Assembly: GCF_963921235.1 (NCBI RefSeq)
Contig: NC_086097.1
Location: 45,572,001 to 45,636,000 of the forward strand
DNA length: 64,000 nucleotides
Direction: 5' to 3'
Origin: Mobula hypostoma
Taxonomy: Eukaryota
Shown here: piece by piece, positions 48,560 through 61,443 of the stretch
Numbering within the stretch: the first letter of the stretch is position 1
Layout: the number at the start of each line of letters is the position of its first letter
Program-made: the position numbers and the translations under genes
Notes under the pieces: generated by a model
Seen by the model: the letters and a program-made list of their open reading frames with translations, nothing else
Databases searched by the model: none
What the model was told of the DNA's origin: nothing

Positions 48560-49620
48560 GTGCCCAATGTCTTAGGTTGGTGTCGATGGAGAGATAAAAA
48601 CTAAGTTAATCCAAGTGGATAACCTTGCAATAGAGCGGGCCAGAAAAGATGCGTTCCTGAATTTGTTAAATTCAGTCTTCTGACCCTTTAGTTTTCCCTG
48701 TCAGAACGTAATGTGCTATTTTTTCCAAGCTGCCTTGGAGCAGTTCAGGAGGCATCAGAGATGCAGACAGATGTCAGAGAGTGATGGAGAATTAAAGTGT
48801 TGAACAACTAGAACCACATGATTGCTCCTGTGGGCTGAACAAAGTTGCTCTGAGGGGGTCGTCCAATTTACGTTTTGTTTCACCGGTGTAGAGGAGAGCA
48901 TATCATGAGCACTGAAGGCAGGACACTAGATTTGAAGAAGTGCGAGTGAATCACTGCCTCACCTGAAAGGACTATTTGGGTCCCCAGATGAAAAGGGTGA
49001 GGTAAAGGAACATCTCTTGCAGCTGCATGGGGAAGTCCCATGTGAAGGGAATAATCAGTGAGGATTGAAAAACAGACCAGCAAGTTGTGGGAAGATTTGT
49101 CAACCATTATAGAGGATGAACTGTGGTTAAGGAAAAGCTAAGATATCTCAAGAGCCTCACATGTGGAATGTCTTGTCATTGATGTAAATAAGAAAGAGAG
49201 TAAAGAATGGTAGGAATGGAATTTAATCCTTTCAGAAGACAGTATGGGAGAAGAGGTAGTCAACATAGCTGTAGGAGTCTACAAGTTTGCAAAGGATGTT
49301 TTTTCTTAATCTATTCCCTGACACAGCAATGAAAAGAGTTAGAGACAAACTATATGAAAATGAGAGCAGGGAAGAAACTGGCATCAAAAGTAATGTATCA
49401 TTTGAGATCCAAATGATACAGCACCAATGCAACCTTCAATGAACCGGGTCTAAAATACTGTTCCACATGTGTTTCACAATGTCGGCCATAGCTTGGGCTC
49501 CTGCAAGTGCCCAAAGTTGCAATTTTGAGGTAGAGGAGAAGAGTGAAAAATGTTTATTCAATGCAAGAACAAGTTCATCTAGGTTAAATTGATAACCTGG
49601 ATGTATGTTGGAGAGAACTA
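48560..49620 (-). mobile_element. Penelope-like element ORF remnant (GIY-YIG endonuclease region)
   Basis: Reverse strand of 48858-48950 reads FTRTSSNLVSCLQCS*YALLYTGETKRKLDD, resembling the PLE Cys-linker/YIGETKR motif; boundaries approximate. Confidence 0.65.
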
Positions 49621-49860
49621 ATTAACCGCATCCAATGGATTGTACAGGAAACTTAGAGGAGTTTGTATTTAAATTGTCCTCCCAATATTGTACGTCCTAC
49701 CCATATGTCTGTTGACATTTTTGCACAGTTATTATAATATTTACTTTCAGAGATACTGATTGGAAATTTGCATAATTCTAAGGTTCTATGATAAAAATAC
49801 AAATTTTTTTTTAAAAATCTATTTAATTTTAAAAATATATATTTTGCTCCTTTTATATAG

Positions 49861-50002
49861 TGAAAGACAAATGCTGGAATTGGTTTGTTTAGCATTTGGA
49901 GACCAGCAGACAGTCTGGGCTTTAGATACAAATGGTAATCTCTGGTTCCGTACTGGCATATCTTCAAAGAAACCTCAAGGTGAAGATGATCACTGGTGGC
50001 AG
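49861..50002 (+). CDS. TECPR2: TECPR2 internal exon
   Basis: tatatag| ... ggcag|gtagga, 142 nt, phase 2 to 0. Translates ERQMLELVCLAFGDQQTVWALDTNGNLWFRTGISSKKPQGEDDHWWQ. Confidence 0.95.
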
Positions 50003-51202
50003 GTAGGAACTTCATCTTGTACATTTAAATGTTTTCTGAATAAGGTATCAGAAAGTTGATTATAGACAATCAAAGTTAAGATTGAATTTATGAATATTGT
50101 GTCCTCTTGACTTTTTATTAACGATACATAGCATAAAACTGAGAGAAAATAACTTAAATATTCCCAACTTATCTACAGCATATGTGTAATAAACAGGAGT
50201 GTGAAGAACCCTTTTTAACACTACAACTACATTCAGTAAGTTATCTTGGCATTTTTTATAAATGCTCCACCATAGCTGCAGGACTTCTTTTAGCAGTGAT
50301 TCACACTATAAATTTAGGTCTCTAGAGCACACAGTCCTGCCATTAAGTGTCCACTTCTGAAAGGATTTGCTCCACTGAGTGTGGAGATAAATTGGTAGTG
50401 TGGCAAATCATTGCTTAACTAATCTGTTTTAATGTACATCTGACCATTAGCATTGCTCCAAAGTCATCCTCGCACCAGGGATCTCTTGATGGGGTACTTT
50501 CAATTGAGGCACCTAAAGAATTGTGAAGTTTGGAGATTATCCGTTTATGCTAATGAAAGCTGTAACATCAAAAACTCAGATATTATGCAGCTATTTAAAA
50601 TTTAGGTGGGAGCGGTGCAAGGAAATGAAATATTGCAGCAAAATAATAATTATCTTTGACTTTGGTCAAATTGAACTATGTAAATTAACACGGTATGGTG
50701 AAGCGACACAACTGCTTTGCAAACTATGGAGTGTCATAATTGATAATGTCATCACTTACTCTGTAATTAATCTTTGTGTTGCTTGCTAGTACTGATGATG
50801 TAAATGCTAATCAATATTAATGCAAGTCTCCAAGAAAATCTGATTCAATATATCTAGCAAGTTGCAGTGGGGTGAGTAAACAAAAGAAAAAGTGTACACC
50901 ATAGTCTTTTTAGTAATTCTCCCTTTAAAACATGATGAATAAAGTAATGTGTGGAATTTGATGCTTATCAAAAGCAGTGATAAATAGTCTGAGAATTATG
51001 TCCTTTAGATTTCCATTCCAAACTGAATTACTATCCCATGGAAACTTCAGATTTTTGTTTTTGCCCACATTATCAAAAATGCAGAATTGAAGCCTAACTT
51101 GTGGAAAGTAACAGGGGAAGTGCTTCTTTGATGAATAAAGAACCTAAATATAAAAGCTTTATTTTCAAAAGTATAATTTTTTAAACATTTCTTATATTAT
51201 AG

Positions 51203-51443
51203 GTGAGCATTACAGATTATGTGGTCTTCGATCAGTGCAATATCTTCCAGACAATAATTCATGCAACACAGACTGTGGCCACAGTTGCCCAGGCACCGGT
51301 AGAGAAAGTAGCTGACAAACTGCGGGGTGTCTTATGGTCACAACAGTCTCCATCTCAACCAAGTCTCATCAGTGTTAACAACTGTGGTGTGTGGATTATA
51401 TCGGGGAAAAACGAATTCCATGTAGCAAAAGGAAATCTATTAG
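51203..51443 (+). CDS. TECPR2: TECPR2 internal exon
   Basis: ttatag| ... ttag|gttagc, 241 nt. Translates VSITDYVVFDQCNIFQTIIHATQTVATVAQAPVEKVADKLR...GKNEFHVAKGNLL. Confidence 0.95.
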
Positions 51444-52263
51444 GTTAGCCAATATTTTTAAATACAAGTTTTGTTAAAATCTAGTTTGGCATTATAGGTA
51501 ATAAAATTTGAGCAAGTGTTAAGAAAATAAAATCCAGCATCATTTTAGGAGATACACTTCTAGTCTATCGTGTACATTGTGCTATTATTGAAATCTCATC
51601 CAATGCACAATTTGTAACTAAAGAGGAAATAGGTTTTTTTTTGGTTTTCATAAGAAACATCTACGCATTGCAAGCTCCTTTTTTTTTAATAAATCAGTGG
51701 CATTGTTCTGTTTTCCAATAAATCGCCAGTTTAACCAAATAATTATAACGTTTATGATGAAGGCGATGTTACATAGCACACAACCCCTGTAATAAAAGAA
51801 ACATTTCAATTCTTAATAAAGCACTTATTATTTCAGAGGATGATGTGCTTATACACCAAATATTTTAAACACAATTGTCTTAATATTTTAATAAAATATT
51901 ACAAGGAAAATATGTAAGTACCTACCCAGCTTTTTGCAAATCTTATGAACTTAAGAAAATTTGTCTACCAGATTGCATTAGTAAATTAATTTTTGTTGAG
52001 TGCGTAATGGTCGCGAATTAAAATATACTGTGTTCTTGCATTGGAATGAAATGATAAGAATATTGAAGTGAAAGTGCTCTAAGGTCTGGCAGTTGTAGGC
52101 TGATAATATCAGAACTATGTTATTTAATTTCTATGGGCCAGTATTTAAGAGCATTTCTTACTATGAATGTACTAGTGGGCATTAGTATTTTTAGTTATCA
52201 ATACAAAAGAAATTAGCCTTTCGATGTTAGCGATAGATTAACAGATTTCTCTTGCTTTTCTAG

Positions 52264-52353
52264 CTACATATTGGAAGTCAGTTGTACCACGAGGAACAGT
52301 ATCGGCGACAAAATGGGCTTTTGTTGTGGCTTCCATGGCCCCTACTAAAAAAG
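52264..52353 (+). CDS. TECPR2: TECPR2 internal exon
   Basis: ttttctag| ... aaag|gttagt, 90 nt, phase 1 to 1. Translates TYWKSVVPRGTVSATKWAFVVASMAPTKK. Confidence 0.93.
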
Positions 52354-53089
52354 GTTAGTAATTGCTAGAGCAATTCAGTTAATAGTTTTAGCATTGTGTT
52401 GGCTCTCTTGGACTTAACCAGCTAGATTGTTGAATTTTCTTCAGAGTATCACTGTATATTTCCCAATTCTGCTTTTTTTAAGCATTTGTAATTCCAAATT
52501 TCTCTTTTATCCATGCACCTTCTGTGAAGTCCATTGCAAAAGTTAGTGTAGAAGGAGAAATATTTAAAAAGGTAGTTTTAAAGAAGTCTGAAATTAAGCC
52601 AGGAAAATATAAAAATGCATCTTTAAAGAGAAAAGTTTGGTCATCATTTTGAATACATCAGGAGTGAAAATGGGTGGTCAGCATTCCATTTTTATAAAAA
52701 TGGAACTTGAAGTTTTAAAGAGGAAGGAAATTGATATGTAGGTAAGACAAAATAGTTTAGTAAATAGTTTACTGCTGAAGAAGTAAGGACCGCAAGGTAA
52801 TGGTTGAAAAGACTGTTGGAATTTTAAAGAGGTGAGAGTTGACTGCATGTGGAGTATGTTTCCTCTTGAGAAAGAATCTATAATTACAAGTCTCTATTTT
52901 AAAATTAATTAAAGTATGATTCTTTTTGAAATAAATGAAGCAAAGATCTTTCAGAGGCTTATAAATTAGAGGATAAGAACACTTGACAAAGAATCGGTGG
53001 AATTTGATCACAGAGCTGTGAGGGGATTATTGCAGAGTTAAGGTTAAAATCAATTCAGCCATGACCTTATTAATTTGCACAGAAGGCTT

Positions 53090-54160
53090 CAAAGTTCAGA
53101 GTAAATTTATTATTAAAGTACATATATGACAGCATATACTACCCCAAGATTAATTTTCTTGTGGGCGTTCACAGTAGATGCAAATAAACACAATAAGATC
53201 AATGAAAAAACACATGACAAAGATAGGCGAACATTCAAAGAGGAAAGGACAACAAACTGCAATTACAAAAAAGAAAATAATAATAATAACTAAATAAGTA
53301 ATAAATATAAAGAACAAGAGTTATAGAGTCCTTAAGATTGAGCCATAGATTGTAGAATCAGTTCTGTGTTGCGGTGAGTGAAATTGTCCCCTCTGGTTCA
53401 AGAGCCTGATAATTGAGGGGTGATAACTGTTTCTCAACCTGGTGGTGTGGGACTTGAGGCTCCTATACCTCCTCCCTAATGATAATGGCAAGAAGAGAGC
53501 GTAGTCTGGGTGGTGGAGATCCTTGATGATGGATCCTGCTTTCCTGCAACGGCAGTCCTTGTGAATGTGCTCAATGGTGGAGAAGGCTTTACCTGAAATG
53601 GACTGGTCTGTATCCACAACTTTTTGTGGATTTTTTTTCGTTCAAGGGCATTGGTGTTCCCATACCAAACTGTGATACAATCCGTCAATATACTCTCCAC
53701 CGTGCATCTATAGAAGTTTGTCAAGGTTTTCGATAAATGCTGAATTTGCACAAACTAGAAAGTAGAGGCATTGTCGTGCCTTTTTTGAAATGGTAGTTAC
53801 GTGCTGGACCCAGGACGGATTCTCTGAGGTGATAACATCAAGGAATTTAAAGTTGCTGACCCTCTCCATCTCTGATCTCCTCATGAGGACTGGCTTATGG
53901 ACCACTAGTTTCTTCCTCCTGCAGTCAATAATCAGCTCCTTGGTTTTGCTGACACTGAGTGAGGGGTGGTTGTTGCACCATTCAATCAGATTGTCATTCT
54001 CCTCCTATATGCTGATTCATCACCACCTTTGAATTAGCCCACAATAGTGGTGTCTTCAGCAAATTTAAAGATGGCATTGGAGCTGTGCTTAGCCTCACAG
54101 CCATAAGTATAAAACAAGTAGTGCAAAGGGCATGCAGTCTTGTGGTGCACATTGTGGTCA
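53090..54160 (-). mobile_element. Rex-Babar-type LINE 3' part
   Basis: ERVSNFKFL, FYRCTVESILTDCITVWYG and LGRRYRSLKSHTTRLRNS motifs. Confidence 0.8.
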
Positions 54161-54249
54161 GGGACCAAAATGTCCTACTAGAATTAATGTACAATTAATG
54201 AGCTAGAAAATTGAGTCCATGACCTGGTGATCTTCAGCCAATCATCCAG

Positions 54250-54790
54250 AATAGAGGATAAAAAATGTGACCTTAACGAACAGGGATAGAGAGAAAACTG
54301 GGAATGACTGACTTGATAATTTGATGTCAGTTGGGGAAAATGTAAGAATCTGTATTAAAGAATGTGATTTCAGGCTATATAGAAATAATAATTGAGCAGA
54401 ATGAACATTGATTCCTTGAAAGAGTGAACTATTGGAATCCTTTGAGGATATATCTTTTGAAGTAGATTAAAGTGAACATGATGTATTTGGATTTTCAAAC
54501 CTATGAGGTCCTAACACAGGAGGCTGATGGGTAAGATAATGTGGAACTGCGGAATATATACTTGTACAAATTGCTAATCAGTTATCAGAAAACAAAGTAG
54601 GGAAATGTAAGTTCTTCTCATGTTACAGGACGTGAGTGATGGCATACCAAGGGAATCAGAATTTGATTCCCAAATATTCACAATAATTAAAGAAAAGGTT
54701 AGTCCCAGAGGACTAAATGCTATATTTTCAATTTCACTGAAGATGCAGCACTTGATGAGTAAGTGGGTAATGACTTGCCAGTGTTAGTCG
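54250..54790 (+). mobile_element. Highly degenerate CR1 RT remnant
   Basis: TATTTGGATTTTCAAA (YLDFQ) and GGCATACCAAGGGAATCAG (GIPQGS-like) remnants. Confidence 0.4.
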
Positions 54791-55328
54791 GCACCAGGCA
54801 GCCAGCTGAAGATTCTTCCTACATTTGCTCATCAAGGTTCAGGGATTCTAGTTTAGGCTGTAGATATTAGCCAATGTGGCACGTTGGTTACTGGATTTGA
54901 GTAAGACGGCCAGCGTCAGTAGATGAAGGCATTCTTACTCTGAAAGAGAATAAGCAAATGGCAATTGGAGATTTGAGGGAAAGGTAGCGGGGTGGTGGAG
55001 AAGAACCTGGGAGGCAGTGAAAAGGAAATGAAGAAATAGAAGAAGATGTAGTACTGTGCAAAAGTCCACAATAGAGACCCACGCTGAAATCAGGTTTATC
55101 AACACTCACACGTCATGAATTTATTTTTGTGGCAGCATTACAGTGCAATGCGTAAAATTACTACAGTACGGTGCAAAAGTCTTAGGCACCCTAGCTATAT
55201 ATGGCTATAATTTCAATCGCATGTTCCATTCCTCAAATAGAGTAGAAGAAAATCCATCCTTCGCCTCAAGACAGTGCTTGAGAGAAGATGACAATAACTG
55301 TTTGCTGGAAGTAGGGCTATTGTATAAC

Positions 55329-55636
55329 ATCTGTCCCTCTGACTATACCCCTTGCCCATCCTCTGGGTTCCCCCCCCCCATCTTTCTCCCCGGACCTCCT
55401 GTCCCATGATGCTCTCATAGCCCCTTTGCCTATCACCTGTCCAGCTCTTGGCTACATCCCTCCCATCATTCTGTCTTCTCCTATCATTTTGGATCTCCCC
55501 CTCCCACTTTCAAATCTCTTACTAACTCTTCCTTCGGTTAGTCCTGACGAAGGGTCTCGGCCTGAAACGTTGACTGTACCTCTTCCTAGAGATGCTGCCT
55601 GGCCTGCTGCGTTCACCAGCAACTTTGATGTGTGTT
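55329..55636 (+). mobile_element. Penelope-like pLTR copy with hammerhead core
   Basis: C/T-rich pLTR body, then AGTC-CTGACGA-AGG..CCT-GAAA-C-GTT-GACT. Flanks GCTATTGTATAAC / GCTGTTGTATAAC (55316-28 and 55637-49) form a 13-bp TSD with 1 mismatch. Confidence 0.8.
55540..55575 (+). ncRNA. Minimal type I hammerhead ribozyme motif (Penelope-associated)
   Basis: Stem I AGTC/GACT, core CTGACGA and GAAA, stem II AGG/CCT, palindromic ACGT stem III, GUU triplet. Activity not demonstrated. Confidence 0.65.
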
Positions 55637-57199
55637 GCTGTTGTATAACGTGAGCTTATATTTGATGCTATTAGCTAGTATCTTTGAAAAGAGTTTGAAG
55701 AATCATTGTAGTAAGAATTAAAGGAAAAATAATACTGCACTAACATAAGTAGTAGAGCTGAATATGGGGAAGAGCAGTGGTTAGTAAATTTTCCTCACCA
55801 TCAAGTTTATAGAAAAACCATATGAAGGAGAATGTAAGTGATCTCAGCATCACTCAGTTCTCCAGCTTATTTGAGACAGCTTGGTGCTTAAGTTTGTTTT
55901 ATTCCCCAACCCTGATTAATATAAGTGCAGATTCTGAGAAGGCAGGATCAATTTTATGATGCTGAGATTATGTAAAAGCAACAATTTCCAATTATGGCCG
56001 GGCAACTATTAAGTATGTAAGTAACATTTGGATAATAACAGGTTATTGTCCTATTAAAATCTGTGGCCAAACTTCTGTAGAATATTATTTTCAGTAGCTT
56101 TGCACTATTAAAGCAAATGTTTCAGATTTATATGATCTATTGATTTAATCAGATCTATCTCAGACATGGTCATACTAACTGGGTACTTCTGATGAATGTT
56201 AAATAAATACACCTAAACCCTATTCCTATTCCACATTGGCATATGTAAGCGTTTGAATGCAAAGTGTATTTTATGGCTTCCTGTTAGATACCGTTCATGT
56301 CTAGTGGATCCTATATTCTGTTACTCTATAATTCCCCTTTTTATATGTATGTGTTGTTGATACTTAATCTTTTTAACATTACTTTGGGTTGATTCTACCT
56401 AAATTCTTGCAGATTCTTGTAGTTCATGCCTATATATAAGAGAAAATTAACTGGACATTCCCCCCCCCCCCCCCACTTCTACAGTTGTCAAACTATTTCA
56501 AACTGAAGCCCTTTTTATTTTTGATCATTTCATCTTTTTCTTACATATTGTGGTGGGTAGATTTCTGGATTAGTAACCCTAAAGTCTTAATTACCAGCAT
56601 GCAGCAATGAAATTTAAATTTGTTTAAAACTAGTCTTAGTATGGATGGCTACAAAACTACCAGAACTGGCAGTTTTACCTGTTCATCCTGCATGTGACTC
56701 CAAACTGGGAGTCATTGTCATTCAAGTATGGAAACAGGTCTTTGGGTTCACTGCTAATCCCAGTTTTTTCTCCCAAAACTCCCAGTAATCCCCTCAATTC
56801 TATCCCTTGTGTACATACATGGAGTAATTTACAGTGGCCAATTAACTTCCCAACTCTCACACTGTTGGGATGTGAAAAGAAACCAGAGTACCCAGGAGAA
56901 ATTCATGATAGCAATGTAGCTGCAGTACTACTCTGTTCAGGGGCAATTAAAGATGAGCAATAAAAACTGCATTTCTGTTCATATGCTAAAAAATGAGCAG
57001 ATTAAAACAGTAAGTACCCAATGTAACATTATAAACCATGTCGTTGTCTTTCCTTCGTTTTAATTCTTTAAAATTTGTCATGCTTTTTCTCATATGCTGC
57101 AAAATAGTAGTTTTAGTGTCTCCCCTGAAATCTCTCTAAATTATCATTCCTGAATTTATTTGTGTGACTGGTAGATGAACACAGGAATATATTCAAGAT

Positions 57200-57285
57200 C
57201 AGATGCCTGGCCTGCTGTGTTCACCAGCATTTTTTGTGTGTGTTGCTTGAATTTCCAGCATCTGCAGATTTCCTTGTGTTTGCAT
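57200..57285 (+). mobile_element. Penelope-like pLTR 3' fragment
   Basis: CCTGGCCTGCTGTGTTCACCAGC...GTTGCTTGAATTTCCAGCATCTGCAGA matches 8980-9041. Confidence 0.7.
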
Positions 57286-57512
57286 GCTTACAGGGTATTT
57301 ACATTTTTGCCAAGCTTTTCTAGGCCATCAAGTGAAACTTAGAAAATTGTGTATTATTCAAATTAGCACTTGAAGAAACACTATTGTACACACTGATTAA
57401 ATCATCTGGTCCCTTAAATTAAGGAATTTTTGGTGCTTTCTATTCACACTTGTACTCATTGTCAGTGACTGCAGTAATACTAAAAATAACCCATGCAACA
57501 TTTGTTCTGTAG

Positions 57513-57746
57513 GAAGTTTTCTATGGCTTGGACAAAGCAATAAAGATCTTTTCTGCATCAGTGATCAAAGTCCTGAGTTACGGCCCTCTACTGTACAATT
57601 GCCTCCAGATGTAGAGATGGTACAGATTTCTGCCAGTCATGATGCAGTATGGGGTCTGGACGTGAAGGGCAAAATTCATATAAGGACATTGTCAGAAAAC
57701 TGCCCAAGTGGTATGCACTGGACCAAACTGGATCTTACACAGTTAG
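57513..57746 (+). CDS. TECPR2: TECPR2 internal exon (last exon found in window)
   Basis: ctgtag| ... ttag|gtaagg, 234 nt. Translates SFLWLGQSNKDLFCISDQSPELRPSTVQLPPDVEMVQISASHDAVWGLDVKGKIHIRTLSENCPSGMHWTKLDLTQL. Confidence 0.95.
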
Positions 57747-58237
57747 GTAAGGTTTTTTTTCCTAAAGATTTGCTGCGAAAAACATCTTACTTTTTATTCT
57801 GTGCCTCAGACTTAAGCAACAAGTCAGCAATGACATGAAAGCAAGGGTGAGAGATTTTATGATTCTCACTCATGCTTTTATGTCAATGCTGATCTGTTTT
57901 CTTACTGTTCTTGAAATCTTCACCAACTATAACATCCAGCATGTCTTTGCCTTTCCATTTCTGGCCTCTTAAGCTTTCTTGCTCAACTGTTCAGAACAAA
58001 GCTCTGGAATTCTCTCCCTAAACTTGGTTTCCCCAGCCCTCCCTCCTTTAAAGGTGCTCCAATTATTGACCAAATTTTCAGTTGTGTCACAAGACTTTTG
58101 AAGATTAGTTTTACCCCTGCAAAACATCTCGGTGTGTTGCTGTGTCACAGATTGTAATATAAATGGAAATTTAAAAGATATGTACCAATTAATGACAGAG
58201 TTAAGTAATTGTGAACAAACTTGTATATTTCTATATA

Positions 58238-59009
58238 CAATGGATTCCAGTTAATTGGGTCACATTGGGACCAGTACATCTTGGCCTAAGCTACTGTACT
58301 AATGAGCTGAAGTTTCACGGAAATAGTTAAAAAGATATTAAAAGGGCAAACTACCATTTAACTGAGTAACAAATTATGTATTTAAGTGAAATACAGAACA
58401 AATTAGAACATTACCAATACTGCTAGAGTACTATAAAACTGTATTAGTTCTCAATAGTAATCAACTGCAGAATTCATGCAGTGTACGCTGCATTTTTTTG
58501 ATTGACTGTAAATGAACAAAATCAGCACAGACACCTTATGCAGATGATGGGCTGCCTTCATAAAATACTTTCAATGATTGCATCCTCAATATTTTCATTT
58601 TCGTTGTAACGTTCAAAATAATTGTCGATACCTTTAAATTCTTAGTAATTCTGAACTTGTTGAAGTCGCAAAATCGTTTCATTCTCACTCCCAACCATTT
58701 CTGCTGCTTATTTCTCACCAACTATCAGTGACAAACATTTCTACTTTTTGAACAGAAACACACACAGCTGGCCTTATTTAAAAACTTTTCTCTAAGCACA
58801 GTGTAATGTCTAATGGCCATACAAGTGCACATGACTAACGCTAGTTAGAAACTGTTCGGCAAGTTTCCTGTCCTCATTAGGTGGCATAATATCCCAAATA
58901 AATTAAGGGAATACTTGCCATTTTTTCAATTAGTTTTTGTTGCTTAAGAGTTGTACCAAATAAGTGGCTTCCCCGATTAGCTGATGGCCCATTTATCCAG
59001 AATCCACTG
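58238..59009. mobile_element. Non-autonomous Tigger/pogo-like DNA transposon
   Basis: TA|CAATGGATTCCAGTTAATTGGG ... CCCATTTATCCAGAATCCACTG|TA: imperfect 22-bp TIRs with TA duplication. Confidence 0.7.
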
Positions 59010-61443
59010 TATATTGAAATTCACACATTAACATATCTATTTTGTTATAAGGAACTGGTTACCTTTAGTAATTTGCAGTGTAGTACCTTCATAATAGCTC
59101 ACAATTTTTCATCAGAGATCTGTTCAAGCAATCTATGGTGCTGATGGTGACCAGTTATTGCTGCTTTGGTTCTATTTGGTGTTGCCTAAAAATATGGACA
59201 ATTACATGCATAGATGATATTTCAGAAAATCTGTTCCCTTAGGTTAGAATATATTTTGTAATTGTTAACACCAACAAAATTATATGCTGTACACAGTACA
59301 GAAGCCTTATTATAATTTTGTAAATTTTCATTCGTGAGTGTCCGTGATAATCCCAAAATAATCTTGACAAACTGGATAAAGTTAATTTATTAGCTCAGTT
59401 ATGGGCTCCTTCAGCTGTTCACAAGAAGAAAAAAAAACTACTGTATGGTTATGTAATAGTGCCTCGAGCTGTTAAGTAAAGACTTATTAACCCTTCTGTG
59501 TATGTAGTACAAAGAATATACAAAATAACTTGTACTCTTGAATGTTTTATTTAATCCACAAGAATAGCGTAAAAAGTAATGTAGATAATTTTATTTGTAG
59601 CACACAGTGCTTGTGGACGTTCTTCTATAAAGGTAACTTCTGAATATTAGAATGTACTTCACTTCAAAAATAAAAACAGCAATGCAGAGTAGACGATATC
59701 TGATCCTGTGCTGGGGATCATAGTGACGTTGTTTAAAATCAAAACGCATATTAACAGCTATATCATGTGATTGCGTTAGTGATACCTAAAGCATATGACT
59801 TGGTGATTATTACTGATGTGATAATCTTGTATGAGAAATACATTCTGTAGACCATTTCACCTTGTATGTATCAAGCTTTTCCCACAATTAGATTATTGCA
59901 AGAAATTAAATGATATCTTATAAAAGCTTAAATAATCCACATGTTTTAAATCCTGGTCCTCTTTGTGTGGAAGCATTAAGAAACTAGTGGGTATTACAAG
60001 GATTGTAACATTTTTTTTCAATAAAATCTGTATAGTGAAATACAATGCTAGACTTATTTACCTGTGAAAGAAGGTATTTATAAAATCAATCAATGAGAAC
60101 AATAATAGAGAGAATGGTTGTGTTTGTCTATCAGTGCAAGAATGTGTGTCCATATGCATGGTTGAAAATGTTATTAGTTGAGTTCTTTTCCCCTTGATAA
60201 CATTACAATTTGAAACGGAAGCTTGCACAATAATCTAAATATAAATCAATGGAGTACTGCATTGCCAAAAGTACTATTATTTGCTATACAACATATGCCG
60301 ATGTCATGTCCAACTTTTCTCTTGGTTCAATACCAAGCTATTCTCTGCCAGAGAAACTGTTGTAATATTTGTTCAAATGCAGTTCATTGAGTATATTTAT
60401 AAAAAAGCATTATTATAAGACTATCAAGAATTCTATTCATATTTGTGTTTTAAAAGTATATAAATGTTTATTACTATCAAACAAACTAGATTTGCAGCCA
60501 CTATATTTAAATTACATTTGCTGCACAATGTTACTGTAGTACTTCAGAGGCACCAATGTAAAATTTGCTTTCCTTGTCTTTAACATACAAAATTGTACAT
60601 TTTTGTATATTAGTCTTTCCATCCAAATTATGCAGATAGCTTCTAGTTGACAACATTCCAGAGATGGCGGAAAAGCTTTCGTCAATGGTGGCACATGGTG
60701 CTGACAGTGGAATGTTAGCCTTGAAATATTTAACTGTGTCTGCTTTTGGATGCACTCTGCCAATGTTCCCTCTTTTTTTTTTACAGCCGTGCAGACCATG
60801 TATTGCTCTGAGCAGGAAAATTTTACACGGCCTAAAAAGTGCATGGCACTTTTAATAATTTCTTTTGTAATATGCACATCAACAAACACAAACCACAACT
60901 GACAATACAAGTAAATGATGTCAGGCAATTAATGCAACTGGCAGGCACAATGACTAAACAGCGTTGGTGTTCAGCATGCCAGTAGTTTATTATAATGAAC
61001 TGCTAACATCCATTCTGTGTTTATTGTTACAATTTGTAACACGGTTGTAACTTGAAACACTGACAATGTAAATTCATTGAAGCTCCAAAATATTTCAAAG
61101 TATAGGTGGTACATTTATTAAAGTTTATGGATTATATTCATTAACACATAATTACATGGTATTGCTCAATTATATTAACGTAAATTTCAAAATTATATTA
61201 GCATAATTTTAAAATTGTAATAACTATATAAAGGAAAATTCTAGCTGTGTGGCAACAAAGGCTATGTGCATAGGAGCATTTCAGTTATTGCACGGCTGCA
61301 CATCTCCACAGCTTAGTGGGAATAGTGCTCTCTGCCATCTGGAATATTGCACAATATTATAATATCCACTCTAGGACATGTGACAGAAAGCTTCTAAAAG
61401 CATAATTATTTTTTATTATTTAAGCTGTTCTAATCAAAGCTCA

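Noticed and set aside
56460..56475. C16 homopolymer
   Set aside because: Simple repeat with no supporting context.
60512..60928. 138-aa minus-strand ORF
   Set aside because: No recognisable domain or exon structure; composition typical of a chance ORF in AT-rich DNA.
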